A stretch of DNA of 64,000 nt from Pseudogymnoascus verrucosus (lineage: Eukaryota): assembly GCA_001662655.1 (NCBI GenBank), contig KV460242.1. One strand, given 5' to 3'. The notes under the pieces were generated by a model. It did not search any database. It was not told the origin of the DNA and saw nothing but the letters and a program-made list of their open reading frames with translations. Position numbers and translations under genes: made by a program. This document shows, one piece after another, positions 23,057-35,917 of this stretch (the first letter of the stretch is position 1; every line of letters starts with the position of its first letter).

Positions 23057-24343
23057 ATGTAGGATATGGAATGGTGCTCTATAATGGATTACTCATCTCA
23101 TAATCAGTATACTTCATTTGATCGAGTAGTACCGAGGCAGGTAACACAGTACGCGAGTATGATATATCATTTACTCCGCTATTTGGAAACTACTGAATTA
23201 GATTGCTTGTAGAGGTGGAATATCACGTGGTTTATTAGACTAAATTCTCCTAAAATAGACGAAAAGTTTGGCTAGTGCACACTTATAGTACGCATTACCT
23301 ATGCCACTTGATATACTCACAATACTCGCAGTATCTAAACTCCTCTACTCCTCTACCACTCTACTAACAGGACTCAGTAGTAATCGAGCAGATATACAAA
23401 TCACGTGAAATACAAACCATCTATAGATCCATCCCAGAAGTTCTTTGTGGTCGTCTGGCCTTCTATACGGTCTTCCTTGTGGGGATCGCGATACATCTAG
23501 AATACCTAGCATACTTCCCCCTCCACCACTGACCAAACCCCAAAATCCAACCCACCACCAAGTTCCCCCCAAGTACCTCCCACCAACCGTCATCCGACCA
23601 AGCCCAAACAAGCAACTACATCCTGAACCTTCCCCCTCCCAACCGACCTTATGTCACCCATGTGTCATACAAATCCCCCCTCCTCAGCCTCGTGCCCCTC
23701 CCCTCCCCAATAATCCCAGTCCTTTCCCCAAATCCCCCCCTCTTTCTACCTTCCCAGCCAATCACCACCCCTCCGCGCTTATTCCGCATCGGGCGCCTTC
23801 CATCGCTTGACTTCGGCTCCAAGGCAAGGCTGACAAACACCGTCCCAAACACTGGTTTCCCCCATCCGCCCCATCGCTGTGTGTGGTTCGTCGGTTCGGG
23901 GTGTCGGTGAGCGCTAGTGTGTTCCGGTGATGCCAGGGCGGGCGGGCAGGAATGGGTCTTTGTGGCTGTTTGGGGAAGGCGGGAGGGCGCGGGGAGGGGG
24001 GGGATTGGTCAATTGGGGGGCGGGTGATGGGGTGGGGGGGGGTATCGCCGGTGGTAAAGGAGGGAGGAGGGACCGAATGGGGGGATGGGGGGGGGGTTAT
24101 ATATACTCGGGAGGGACCCACGGTGGGAGGCGGGAAGAGTCATCGTGGAAAGCTTGCTTGATGGGGTTTGAATAGTAAAAATCTTTTTTTTATTGAGATA
24201 CAGACTGCTGATTCATGGGCTGACTCACGGACGACTTAAGGGTTTAACTTGAATTTACAGACAGACAGGCGGACAGACTTCGACGACGGACTGAACGGAA
24301 ATACTCTACATCTTCAGATTATTAGAAGAACGGAAGGAAATAC

Positions 24344-24458
24344 CCACATTCTTAGTCTAGCCACTGCTCAGACGAAGACGAAGACGAATTTCCTACATTC
24401 TCAGTCTGACCACGCTCAGACGAAGACGAAGGCGACAACAAATTCCCTACATTCTCAG
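24344..24458 (+). repeat. Imperfect ~48-54-bp tandem duplication upstream of the GNAT gene
   Basis: acattctyagtct...gctcagacgaagacgaag occurs twice, followed by a third partial cctacattctcagt. Confidence 0.75.
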
Positions 24459-24488
24459 TTTCATTACTGATCGAAAGAAACCATCTAC

Positions 24489-25850
24489 ATGCATCCTCAC
24501 CCAGACGACATGACGAACGCCATCGACAAGACAGCCACGAACGGCTACACCAACGGCGTCAAGGTAGCACCACCACCAGCTAGCACCAACGGAGCCAGCA
24601 CCACCACTACCACCTCCAACGGCACAACCACAAAAGAAACTCCCACAAACGGCACAACCACCAAAGAAACCCCCCAAAACGGCACAACCACCGCCCCCCT
24701 CCCCCCCGCCACCTCCCCCTCCCTAATCCTCACCCACCCCACCCCCACCGAGCGCCGCCACACCTGGCTCAAATCCTCCACCGACTGGGGCGCCGCCCTC
24801 CCGACCCCAACCTACATCGAGCGAGAATCCCATCTCTGCTCCGCCTCCACCCTCGCCTCCTCGGGGGGAATAACACACTGGATCCTCGTCGACCGGTCCC
24901 TCCCCGCCGATTCGCGCCCTGTGCTCGCAACAGCAGAGAGTCTGCGGAAGCGCACTTTAGTTGCGACACCGGGGGGGGAGGTGAGGGAGGCGGTGAGTCA
25001 TGGGATTGGAAGCGTGTTTTGCTATCCGGAATACAGGGGACATGGGTATGCGTCGAGGATGATGACGGAGTTGGGGGGGGTGTTGAGGGGGTGGCAGGCG
25101 GAGGAGAGTAGAGATCAGAAGGAGGTCGTGTTTTCGAAGCTGTATTCGGATATTGGGAGGGGGTTTTATGGGAGGCATGGGTGGATGCCTTTTCCGAGTG
25201 GGCATGTGGAGTTCCCAGCCGCTGCTGATGGCGCGGGGGAGGGACAGAATGGGAAGGTGGGAGGAGGGGTGAAGTTGTTGAAGACTGCCGATTTGAAGGA
25301 GTTGTGTGAGGCTGATGAGGGGATGTTGCGAGCGCTAATGGAGAAGCCGAGCGGGGATGGAAAGACTAGAGTTGCCATCCCTCCCGACGCGGAGCACTTC
25401 GCCTGGCACCGCGCACGGGAGGAATTCGTCACCCGCGCGCTCTTCGGACGTATCCCCGAGATCCGCGGTGCGTTGGTCGGCGAAGTCGGAAGCAGGGTGT
25501 GGGCAGTGTGGACGAGGGGTTTCTATGGGAAGAAAGGCGAGACGGCGAAGAATACGCTTTATATCCTTCGACTTGTTGTTGAGGAGGAGATGAAAGGGGG
25601 GAAGGTGGATGGAGATGTGTTGGTGAGACAGTTGGGGGAGGTGGTGCGGGTTGCGAGGGAGGAGGCGAGGGAGTGGGGGTGTGGGAGGGTGGAGGTGTGG
25701 AATCCGAGTGTGGTGGTTGGGGGGGCGCTGGAGAGGGTGGGGGGGAGGACGGTGGAGAGGGAGAAGGAGGGGATTGCGAGTGTGATGTGGTATGGGAAGG
25801 AGGGGGAGGAGGTAGAGTGGTTGGCGAATGAGAAGTATGCTTGGTGCTGA
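24489..25850 (+). CDS. GNAT-family acetyltransferase (LYC1-like lysine acetyltransferase)
   Basis: Acetyl-CoA motif A HGIGSVFCYPEYRGHGYASRMM; LYSDIGRGFYGRHGW; C-terminal WLANEKYAWC; intronless; N-terminal NGTTTKETP repeats. Confidence 0.85.
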   Translation: MHPHPDDMTNAIDKTATNGYTNGVKVAPPPASTNGASTTTTTSNGTTTKETPTNGTTTKETPQNGTTTAPLPPATSPSLILTHPTPTERRHTWLKSSTDWGAALPTPTYIERESHLCSASTLASSGGITHWILVDRSLPADSRPVLATAESLRKRTLVATPGGEVREAVSHGIGSVFCYPEYRGHGYASRMMTELGGVLRGWQAEESRDQKEVVFSKLYSDIGRGFYGRHGWMPFPSGHVEFPAAADGAGEGQNGKVGGGVKLLKTADLKELCEADEGMLRALMEKPSGDGKTRVAIPPDAEHFAWHRAREEFVTRALFGRIPEIRGALVGEVGSRVWAVWTRGFYGKKGETAKNTLYILRLVVEEEMKGGKVDGDVLVRQLGEVVRVAREEAREWGCGRVEVWNPSVVVGGALERVGGRTVEREKEGIASVMWYGKEGEEVEWLANEKYAWC

Positions 25851-26335
25851 GGAGGTGGGGGATTGTGTGGAAGGCTTTTTCTTTGCTTTGGCGGCAAGAG
25901 TGGTTTTAGAGTGCGCATTGGGCTTGGTGGGCGGTTTTCTGACTATGAGCTTTCACGTTTAGATCGCGTACATTGTTGGGGACTTGAACGGTGTGTTAAT
26001 TGACATTGAAGTTGCCTTGATTGGTATTCCTTCTTGTAAATACAGATCTGATCTGAGATGCCCTCTGGCTTTGTCCGTTGATGGCGCGTGGACCGTAGTT
26101 TCTTGGTACTCCGTAGACATAACCAGCCGACAATTCCTCCCCCCATCGCGGCGCAGGACAAACCCACGTCTTGTATCCCTCTCTCTGCCATCCAGCCTTC
26201 CCATGCCATCACAGGAACTGAGCCCAACGACCCAGAGCCAGTCCCAGAGCCTCTTCAGCCGCCTGCAGCGGGCAGGTCCCTACCCAGCGTACGAGCCAGA
26301 TAACCAATATGAACATCCATAGTGAGTATCATCTT

Positions 26336-26767
26336 TCACTTCTTCGCTCTCGATGCCGCAAACTTCTCATGCCACTTCCCAGCTTTCGCCTTCACTGGTG
26401 CCGCAGCTTCCGCAGCCGCGTCGTATGGGAGGAGTTCGAGGGTATCCTCTATCCTGGCCACCACACATACTGAGGCACATCCTACCTCGCTATCAGCACC
26501 ATCAGCACCCTCGCTGCCCGCCTCTGTCGAGAAAGATGGCCGTAGCAGCATCAGCGGATTCGAACTATTCTTCTGTTGTAGTCGGTAGGTCCCTGTTGGG
26601 GCGGAGAGGAGGGCATGTGGAGTGCCGGTGCCGGGAGTGAGGTGCAGGGTTGGCGGGGAGTCGGACTCGAGCAGGGCGAGGAGAGCCGGGGGTAGCTCGA
26701 GCAGCTTGTAGGGAGCGTGGACGTGGGCGGTTGAGAGGGGGATGGAGGTTGAATCTTGGGTGGACAT
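26336..26767 (-). CDS. DCC1: Sister chromatid cohesion protein Dcc1 (Ctf18-RFC subunit), short form
   Basis: YKLLELPPALLALLES...TYRLQQKNSSNPLMLL...TLELL matches the Dcc1 N-terminal domain as I recall it; ends KGKWHEKFAASRAKK; 143 aa. Confidence 0.75.
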   Translation of the reverse strand: MSTQDSTSIPLSTAHVHAPYKLLELPPALLALLESDSPPTLHLTPGTGTPHALLSAPTGTYRLQQKNSSNPLMLLRPSFSTEAGSEGADGADSEVGCASVCVVARIEDTLELLPYDAAAEAAAPVKAKAGKWHEKFAASRAKK

Positions 26768-27783
26768 TGTATTCTCGGGGGGTGGTGTTTGTGTGAGGTC
26801 GGAGATGACGACTCCTAGAAGGCCCTTGAGAGATGAAGAATTGACAAGGTTGTCGGCTATATAACGTCTATAATACAGTATAATGCAGTATAATTACAAA
26901 AAGACAAGCGTTTCGCGTTAACACAACTGATGTCGGCGATATACAAGGCTGAGATTTGGCGGGGTCGAAGCTGCCCCCACGGATCAACAAGCCGACCAAT
27001 CAACGCGTCGGCCGCGTCCCCACGACCTGCGTACAACAAACAAACTAAACAACCTAAAAATACCCTTGTACAGCTGGGAAGGAGGGAAGAGACAGGGCGA
27101 GGCTCTTCGTCATCACCGAACCGAACTGACGCCGCTTTTTTCGAGAGGATCGCCCACGAAGGTAGGAAAGAGGGTTATGGATCGATTGCGAATATAGATC
27201 TCTACTTTGGGCTTTACGAACGACGGCGACAGCGACGGCGATAGGGAAGAGTAAATTCACTTCACCGCTCCGAATTCTGAGGTTGCGCCTTTCTGGGAGA
27301 GGATATCTGCGACAACAAAGAGGAATTTGGGCAGTTGTGCGCCAATGCGCTTGTCCTGTGTTATTATAACGCTGTGATCATATACCGCCACCACTTCGTC
27401 AACAACACTTCTGTCTGGCCCTTCTATTCTCTGGCTATTGCGCCCTGGGGCTTTCAATTACAGCGCTGGTGCTTTTTTGATTCTTGATTGCTTTTCTTGT
27501 TGATCGACGGTTATCGATCTTCAAGTTTAACTTAAAACTTTAACTTCAACTTCCACCACGCCGTCAACTTCACCTTGGCTCCGATCTCACCTCCTCGATC
27601 GACACCTTCACCGATACTTCAACGCGGAAACATACACCGAGTTACTCATAACGACCTTGCGACATTGCGACTTCGCAAATACCCAACACTGAAGCGCAAA
27701 CAACAAACATCCAATCGATCAAGACCGACTCACACATGGTAGCACAGACATGAGCCCGCGAAACACCTGAACACGCCCACACA

Positions 27784-30700
27784 ATGGTCCAGCTACCCTC
27801 CGGCCTCACGGCCCTCTCAGTCACCGACGTCGGCCTCTACCACACCACCGACCCCCTACTCTCGAACCTCCCCCTCCTGATCTTCCACGGCGCCTCCACA
27901 ACCACAAATGCCACCCTCAGCTCCTCCCGAATCCAGATCCACGTCCTCAGCGCCGCCGGGTTCACCAGCTACCCGCGCCTGACCGTCTCGCCCAACTCGC
28001 CCCTATACGATGTCGTCAATGCGCTGCCGCGCGAATGGCAGGGCGATGAGGTCTGTCGCGGCCTGGCGTTTGGGTTGATGAAATACTTTGAGGAGATGCC
28101 ACCAGCGGTCAAGACGGCGCTGATTGTGCAGTCTTCGAACACGCGGGGCAGAAGGCCGGGCTCGGTGCCGACGTTGTTTGGGAGGCAGCATGCTGCGAAT
28201 CTGGCGAGCAGCCTTGTTAAGGTCGAGAATGTGGCGGAGGTTATTGCGGATCTGGAGGCGGGGATGCAGTCGCAGGCTGTCAGTCATATTGATGTTGATC
28301 TCGTGCTGCCTCCGGGATCGATCACATCTTTGCCGGAGGTTCAAACTGAGGACATCGATGACGAGGCTGGTGATTCCACGCATCTTCAGTATGGGCAATA
28401 TGCGCCACTCGTCAGGCAGTTTGGCGAACCATCATTCATCCCAACCTCAAAACTTCGCCGGGCCCCATCGAAACCTACGTCGCTGAACCGTTCAAAGTCG
28501 TTTCTCAAGAACCAGAAAATGTCACTCCGTCGCGAGATGGGTGAACTCGTCGACACGGAAGAGCGATATGTTATCAAGGTGCATGAGCTGGTCAACAATA
28601 TTGCAGACGAATTCAGAGCCAAAGCAAGGAAGAAGGCTGTTGGAAGCGCAAGCCCCACCGAGAAAGACCTACAGAAGCTTTTTCCACCTTCGCTGGACAA
28701 GATTTTACAGGTTAATAAGGGCTTCCTGGCTGCCATACAAAAATGCATGGACGAGTCAGAGGAAGAGGCGATGCAGGATCTTGAGAACGATCAGCCGACA
28801 TTCTCCAGGCCGCGTTATGGTGGGACTGGACGTCCAAAGGATCCGACGGGTGCGACTGGCTTTGCAAAGGTGCTGCTCGAGTGGTTTCCTCAATTCGCGG
28901 ACTGCTATCAGGATTATATTCGTGCTAGCCAAGAGTTCCCACAGCTTATTTCCACTTATGCGCGGCAGCAATCGAGTTTCTCTCAACGAGTCCAGCAGAC
29001 AGGAGAACAAAAGCTTCGGTCTTCTATTATTGAGCCGGTGCAGAGACTCCCTCGGTATAGCCTTTTCATTGACAATATTGTCAATTACCTCCCTCTTACA
29101 CACCCAGCCTTACAGTCTATGCTTAAAGCCAGGGATATCATCACATCCATCTGCTCGCTGGATTCACCCGATGCGGATAACTCGCAAACAGTGAAGCGAC
29201 TTAAACTGCTGGTCGATAAATGGCCAACTTGCGTGTTCAAGGGCCGACTCATTTCAGCGGTGGACTTTGTTGAGCTCTCACCACCTTATCATGCAATCGC
29301 AAATACACTTACAAATACCCCTGGTGTTCTTTTACTCTTTGCAGACACTCTTATAGTCTGTCGGAAAGCTGGTGGCAGCAATATCTCTGCCCGCGGTGTG
29401 ATGGCTGAAGTTGATAAGCCATCTACCGCAAGTATGGTTGCCTCCGTCACAGGTATGGGGGAGCCACGGCCACCACCAGAACTTCATCTCCTGAGCTATC
29501 ACACGTTGAGCGATATTCGTTTTACAGAGGGCCAGGATGGACGTGTCGCTTGGATGACATTATCTGCTGCTCTTGACAAACAGCCTAACGCCCTGCCCAC
29601 GAGGAGGGCGTTCCTTCTTCAGGGCTCATATGATGGCAAGGCCTCTAAATGGACTGATGAATTCACTAAAGCGAGGGTTGAGGGCAGGTTTGCTGAGAAG
29701 GAGCGCGAATCAGATAAATGGTCCCTCCGCAATGTCAACTCAAAGGAGACGGGTCTGAATATCTACGCCGCTGTCTTTGAAGAAGGCATCGATACGCTAG
29801 TTGAAGGTCGCAAAGAGCCGGCACCTATTCGTATTGTTGTTGACCATGAGCGCGGAACTAAAGGAGCACCGGTGGGCCATTACGGTGTTGAAACCGTCGT
29901 CAACGTGACAGTCGTTCAGGGAAAGACTAGTGCTCCTTATCATCTCAAATTTGAGGGTTTGAATGACCTGAATTTCAACGACCTTGCGAATGACTCGTCA
30001 TTTATGTCCGTCTTCGCCAAACGAGGTATTTATTTCTATTGAATTCTGATGATCTGAGCTAACAATCTATAGTCGAGACCTTAATGCAGATTCATTATAG
30101 CCCCAAGAACCCGGCGCTGACTACTTCGTTCATTCTGTGCTATTCGAGTATTCTCAGTTCTCTCAGCCTTCAAGTGGATAATGACAAGGCGAAATACCAC
30201 CGTTCTCCCTCGCCAGTCAAGATGCTTTCCAGTTTTTTGACTGGTGGCGGGTCAAGCTTATCAGACGCCCCAAAACACAAGCGCACTCCAACCCTAGGTA
30301 GTATTCCCAGCTTCACGGCACCATCGCTGTCTAGGTCGAGCAGCAAGAAGGAGATGGATTCTATTGTTACCAGCACTAACAGTAGTTTCAAAGCTAGCTT
30401 TGATGAGTCAACTACTGCCAATCCCCTTGTTAAACTTGAAGAAACCTTTACAGGATATATCATTGCATTGCAATCGCGAAAAGGTAATATCATTGGCAGG
30501 ATCCTGCGAAACAGAGCTGGAGCAGATGAGCTCAGTGTCAATGCTCTTTATAACAAGTTTATCGAAAATCCATTTGACGCCAGAGCTTCCTTTGAGGCAA
30601 CGATTGACGTCTTATTTTCTGCGTTTGAAAAATTCACGCGGATGGCTTGGAAGGACCAGATGGGCCCTGTTATTTCGGTGCAGACGCTACAGGCTCTCCA

Positions 30701-32438
30701 AGAAAAGGCTTCGAAATTATTTCCTGGGGACTTCGCAGATTATATCAAGCTCCTCTTTGGGGACATGGCGCCACAGAATAGACGTGCTTTCGTGGCTATT
30801 ATCAAGCTTCTTGCTGATCTTTTGGAAGGCTGTGGGAATGATGGCGATCGAGGTGCTCTTACTGCTTCTTTTGCTGAGCTTTTGGTTCCCGACAATAACC
30901 CACATAGCTATATTAATCTACTTGATCGGTTAGTAGAGGATGCGGATCGCCTTTTCGAGGATCTTGGAGTTGGTGCGAGCAATGGCTACAACACTCCCAT
31001 GGACGGATCCATGACTTCACGGACCCAGGGATCTGTGACGTCCAACACATCCCTGAGGAAACGTTTTGGCCTCGACTCACTTCTGCGCCAAAATAGCAAG
31101 CGCGAAGATGATAGCAAGCCCTCCATGTGGCGTACGTTGAGCAAGACAGGTCGCAGTACAGCCACGGGAGAGCAGATGGATGGTAGTATCTCCAAGGGCC
31201 GTTTGCATCGATCACGATCAATCGAATCCGATTCGCGACTAGGGACTCCAAAACGGCCTGGTTCTCGTGACAGACCCACTGTGCTTGGCGCGTTTGGTGA
31301 CCAGCGCCCGAACAGCTCTCATACACCGAGCAGGCTGAGCACTATCGGACAGTCTCCGCCACCGGCACCCGATGCGGTAGAGAAATCTCTGAAGAAGAAA
31401 CGGCGCAGCTCGCTGTCTGACTTAAAAGCTCTCCTGGCCAATGCGACGTTGGACTCGCCATCCACTCCATTGTCAACCAGGAGGGCAAACCAGCTCGCTC
31501 AACCAGCGCAAGCCTCCCCACGAACTCCATCACCAACCAAACTGCCCAGTCGCGCACTCGCGTTCAACGGTTCTCCCACGCAGAAAGAGAATACAAATAC
31601 CAGAGTCTCGCCGGCGCGTAACATCGGGAATCTTACCGAGCGTCCTCACAATGTCCAATCTGGCGATACTGTAACCATCAAAGACCTGTGGTCCGTGCCT
31701 TCGAAATCTCCCCCAAAGTCCGCAGCAAACTTGGCATCCAACATCCCCACACTCAAAGGCAGTCCTCGCCCTCTATCTCTCGCTCTCGCTCCCGCGCCCG
31801 TTTTCGGGACGCCGGCTTTCAGCGAGATCACCAACCCCCGCAAAGACGCGGGACCAACCAATATCCCAAGCCCGACCAAGTCACCGCAGAAACTTCGTCT
31901 CCAGAGCCCGCAGAAACTGCGGGAGCGTCTCCAGAGCGAGGCTAAGGCCATTGGTGAGGCGGAGGCGGGATTGCAATCCGAGCTTGCGAAGATTGGGGCC
32001 GAGATGGCGAAGCTGAGTGGGTCGCCTGTGCGTGGCACCCCGTCGACCTCGTCGGGGTCGGAGTTAAGGCGGATCTCAGAGAGCGTGCGCGCGCTGGAGA
32101 GTCGGATCCCAGTCTTAATGAAGGATCTCGAGGCCCGCAATGCGGCTGTGCAAAAGGAGCTAGATCGCGGGCTCGTAGTAGCGGAAGAAAAGGCAAAAGG
32201 GCTAGACCAGCTCTATCGCGAGGTTAGCGCCGAGAATGAGATTCTATATGAACGGTTTAACGGGGAGCTAGGCCGGATCGTGAAGGCGCTGAAGGGGAAG
32301 GGGAGGGAGGAGCGCGAGGAGCTCGTGAAGAAGGTTAAGGAGGCTAGTGAGGAGGCTGCGGCGGTGAGGAAGGAGAATGCGAGGTTGAAGAGGGAGGTTG
32401 TGGGGCTGAAGGCGCTTGTGAAGGGGTCGGCGTTGTAG
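27784..32438 (+). CDS. BUD3: Rho guanine-nucleotide exchange factor (DH domain), Bud3-like septation GEF
   Basis: RREMGELVDTEERYVIKVHEL and IIEPVQRLPRYSLFIDNI (DH domain); intron 30026-30072 joins ORFs 27784 and 30084; C-terminal coiled coil. Confidence 0.8.
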
Positions 32439-32737
32439 GGGGGTGTTTGCTTTCGGATGGGATTGGGTGGGATGGGTAGGATGGGTGTGTATAGATTATG
32501 ATGATGGGATGCACGGGAGTATGTATGCTACGTGGTGATTGGTGTTTTCGTCGGTACTGGGGGGGGGGGGATTGTTCTGGTCAACTAGGGAGAGTACCAA
32601 TAAAATATTTGACATAACTTATGTCCGTGACGACAGTCTAGCTGCGTGCGGATCCAGAGCTAAAGAGCTACAGCGGTATATACAGACATATATACAGGAT
32701 ATCAAGTAAACCTCCCAGTAGCAGGTGTACGGCTAAT

Positions 32738-34632
32738 CTACAACTTCGCCTTCTTCTCGAAACTAAACAGATTTACCCCGTCTTCATTCCTCACCCACCC
32801 ACGTCGTCCAACGGGTTCCTCGTTCCCAACAAGCTGCGAGAGTGTCTCCTCATCCGCATGGTTCGCCAGGAAACGCTCTCCGCTCGGTAGTCTACCAACT
32901 ACATGACCCGTGCCGGGCGTGCCATCACGGTTGAAATCCACGGTATACGTCTAAATCGTCCGTTAGCACGCGAGTTTTTCCAAGTGCATTAAGGGATCAC
33001 ATACCTCGATAGTAGCCTCGCCGTTCGCTACCTCAACAGTAACAGGGACGGGAATATCAGTGATGATAGGAGGAAGGGGGTTCTTAGATGGGTAGGGCTG
33101 CGAGGGGGCAACGGCCGAGAGGAGGAGCACGTGTTGGTATGTCATTGTGCCGCCGTTGGCGAGGACGAGGCCGTAGGTTGGGGTGCGCTCGCGGAGGTTG
33201 CGGGTCATTTCTGTGATGGCCTAGGAGGGGGGTTAATTGGGTATGTGGGTGGGGATGGGTTGACTAGACGTACGTGCATAGAGTAGTTGTTTCCTGCGCC
33301 GCCGAAGGAGGTCAGACCTCCGAGGAGGGTGAGGGGGCGGGTGTGCGATTCAATTGCGAGGCCGAGGTGCTGGCAGGCGATCTTGGGGACGATGGGGAAG
33401 CAGCTGTATGGATTATTAGCTTTGGTTGGAATGATGGTTCGGGAGGCCGTACGAGTAGAAGTCATAGAGACCAATTTGCTCTTTTGTCAGGCCGCAGACT
33501 TCGAGGCCGGCGTCGAGAGAGCGTGTGATGGAGGGGCTGGTGTAGAAGTTGGGGCGCTCCCAGACTGGATTTGTTAGTTGTGTCTAGTTTACATCAGGGC
33601 TGGGAGGTATACATTTGTCGCTGTCTTTGGTGCCGGCGCCGCCTAATGGGTAGACCCATTGGCTCTTGGGGATTCCAAGCTCAGTCGCGTAGTCCGTAGA
33701 TGTCAGTATAACAGCCCCAGCCAAGTTGACATTATTGAAGGCATTCATCAGCAGAGGGTCTACCAAGGTCAGCTCAACATACATCAAACCACAAACCCCG
33801 ACATTACTCACAAGGATAGCAAATCATGCGATTCTTCTTCGTCACCGTCCCAATCTCCTCTTTCGTTGCGGCCTTCTTCCCAAAATTCCACGCAGCCGTA
33901 TTCCCCTGTGCCACCTTCGCAAAATCAGCATACAAGCTCGCCGACTCCTCATTATTCTCCGCCAGTGTCTGCCCGCGTGATGCGCGCGTGGCGTTCTCAT
34001 AGAGCGGATACACTTGAATGGGCAAACCAATGCCGTGCGTGGCGCCGGTGTCTGTGGCCGTCTTTAGCTTCCTCGCCGAGGGCAGCATAGAGACAGACTT
34101 ACTGTCTCCCAGGGTTGCGATTTCGGTGATCGTGCCTGATTTTTGGTCCTTCTTACGTGCTGACCACTTGGGCATCTTTTTGGCTGCCGCGAAGCCTCCC
34201 ACTGCGCATTGTTAGTAAGATGGGCAAATAGCCAGGCGGGGTATGTGTACATGATGCGAGTGCCTCGCCGCCGGTCACTACGGCGACTTTTGTCTTGTTT
34301 TGTGCGATCCTTCGCGCGGCTTCATCGACCAGTTTCGCCGGCTGGTTGCCGCCATGGTCGCTGATGAACTTGTGGGCGGCATCGACGCCGAGCTTGGTAG
34401 AGAGGAGGCCGGGAAGGTCTTGGTAAGGCCAGGACCAGGTTGCAACAACGTCAATGCTGTCGATTGATATTTGGAGCTTCTGGGCAGTTTCCTCTGGCAG
34501 ATATGTATCTTGGAGAGCTCGCTGGATGGCTTGGATCATGAGCTGGTACGGCTCCAGCGATTTCTCTGGTGTTGTGAAGGGGTTCTTGAAATCGCCAACC
34601 CCTACAATGATCGGTATCGATTGGCTAGCCAT
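32738..34632 (-). CDS. Thiolase-like protein (acetyl-CoA acetyltransferase-like, TLP1 type), multi-exon
   Basis: PIIVGVGD, HGGNQPAKLVDEAARRI, VTGGEALAS, YPLYENA, LLMNAFNNVNLAGAVILTS, YSCFPIVPK, LLGGLTSFGGAGNNYSMH, LANGG; seven or more short GT-AG introns. Confidence 0.85.
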
Positions 34633-35917
34633 TTTAACTGTGTGGTGTATATCAATGAAGTAGAAGTTTCACGGCGAGATATGCGAACGGTGTTTAGTTA
34701 TAGCTCTGGGAAATTGCCGAGGAAGCTCAATGGCAGTTGACGGGCGGCAGGTGGCGGCCTCCGACAAAGTACAAGCTTCTATCAAGTATTCAAACTTTAC
34801 AGAATATCTGGCTAGGTTATTGGGCAGCTAAGGACAGGTAAAAGCAGTTATTTTGCAGATGTCACAGAAATATTTATGGGCGGCAACAAAATCAATGTAC
34901 AGTACATGTGAGGGTCGTCGTTGCGAACTGAACGTGGGGTAGCGGGATAGCCTCGGCTCGGCGATTTCTTATAGGCCCACCATGGCGTAGGAGTCAGTAC
35001 CCGAAATCCGGGGTAAGCGCAACCTTAACAGCTAAAGTATAAATGTGAATAAACCATAATTGAAGTCAGGAATCAAGATAAAAATTACTCGTGTCAATCA
35101 AAAGTTGGGAGAGGGGCTGTGCAAGGTGGTAATATCTATAGCAACTATAGTTTAATTATAGACATCCAATCAGTCAGCTTTCGCCTTTCTGATTTCAGTC
35201 AGATTAGTGGTTCTTCCTCACCTTACGGCCGCCAGGCTTCCTTTCGCCCACAGCACAGGTCGTAGTAATCGCGCTCGTAAACTTTTAGGTCCATATTTGT
35301 TATATTAAGCTTTCAAATCTAGGCCGTTGTTTTGTATGATGCTGAAGATGGAAGTTGATTTGGGGGAACAATAGCTAGGATAGAGAGGTAAGGCTGAGGC
35401 AGGCAAACAAGAATGATTGGCCGCTTTCACGATAGCATTAGGCTTCCATTGATATTGTTGGAACTGCAGATAATCTACGGTTAGAACTAGTTATCTATGG
35501 TAAAAGTGCGTAGGTACGCTCGGGGGTTCCATATTTTTGGAGTAATTCGCTGGAGTCAAAACTCAAATTTATCAGATATAGAAGCACCATTTCCTCAGGC
35601 CATCATCCTTCTCTACCAATTATTCACTCATATGTATGCAGTAGAACATGCATTTCTTCCATTAAAGTAATTTTTGAAAGGGAGTGACAGCTTGCGACGT
35701 TGTTGTTCTCGACGTTGTTGTAACGTGGAGGATGGGGTCATGATGATTATATCTCAAAAGGAGGTGACAGGAGGTAGTAATATTTCCCAGTCCAGTTAAC
35801 TTAATTGAATTCTATCTGCAATATATTTTAAGAAGGTATCCAATAACACTCCCGTACAATAGCCCCCCTTCATGTCAACGAAAAAATAATATACAAGCCA
35901 CTCTTATAAACCACCAT

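Noticed and set aside
23345..24175. Pro- and Gly-rich ORFs on both strands
   Set aside because: Explained by C-rich and G-rich low-complexity tracts; no coherent start or splice pattern, although a decayed gene cannot be excluded.
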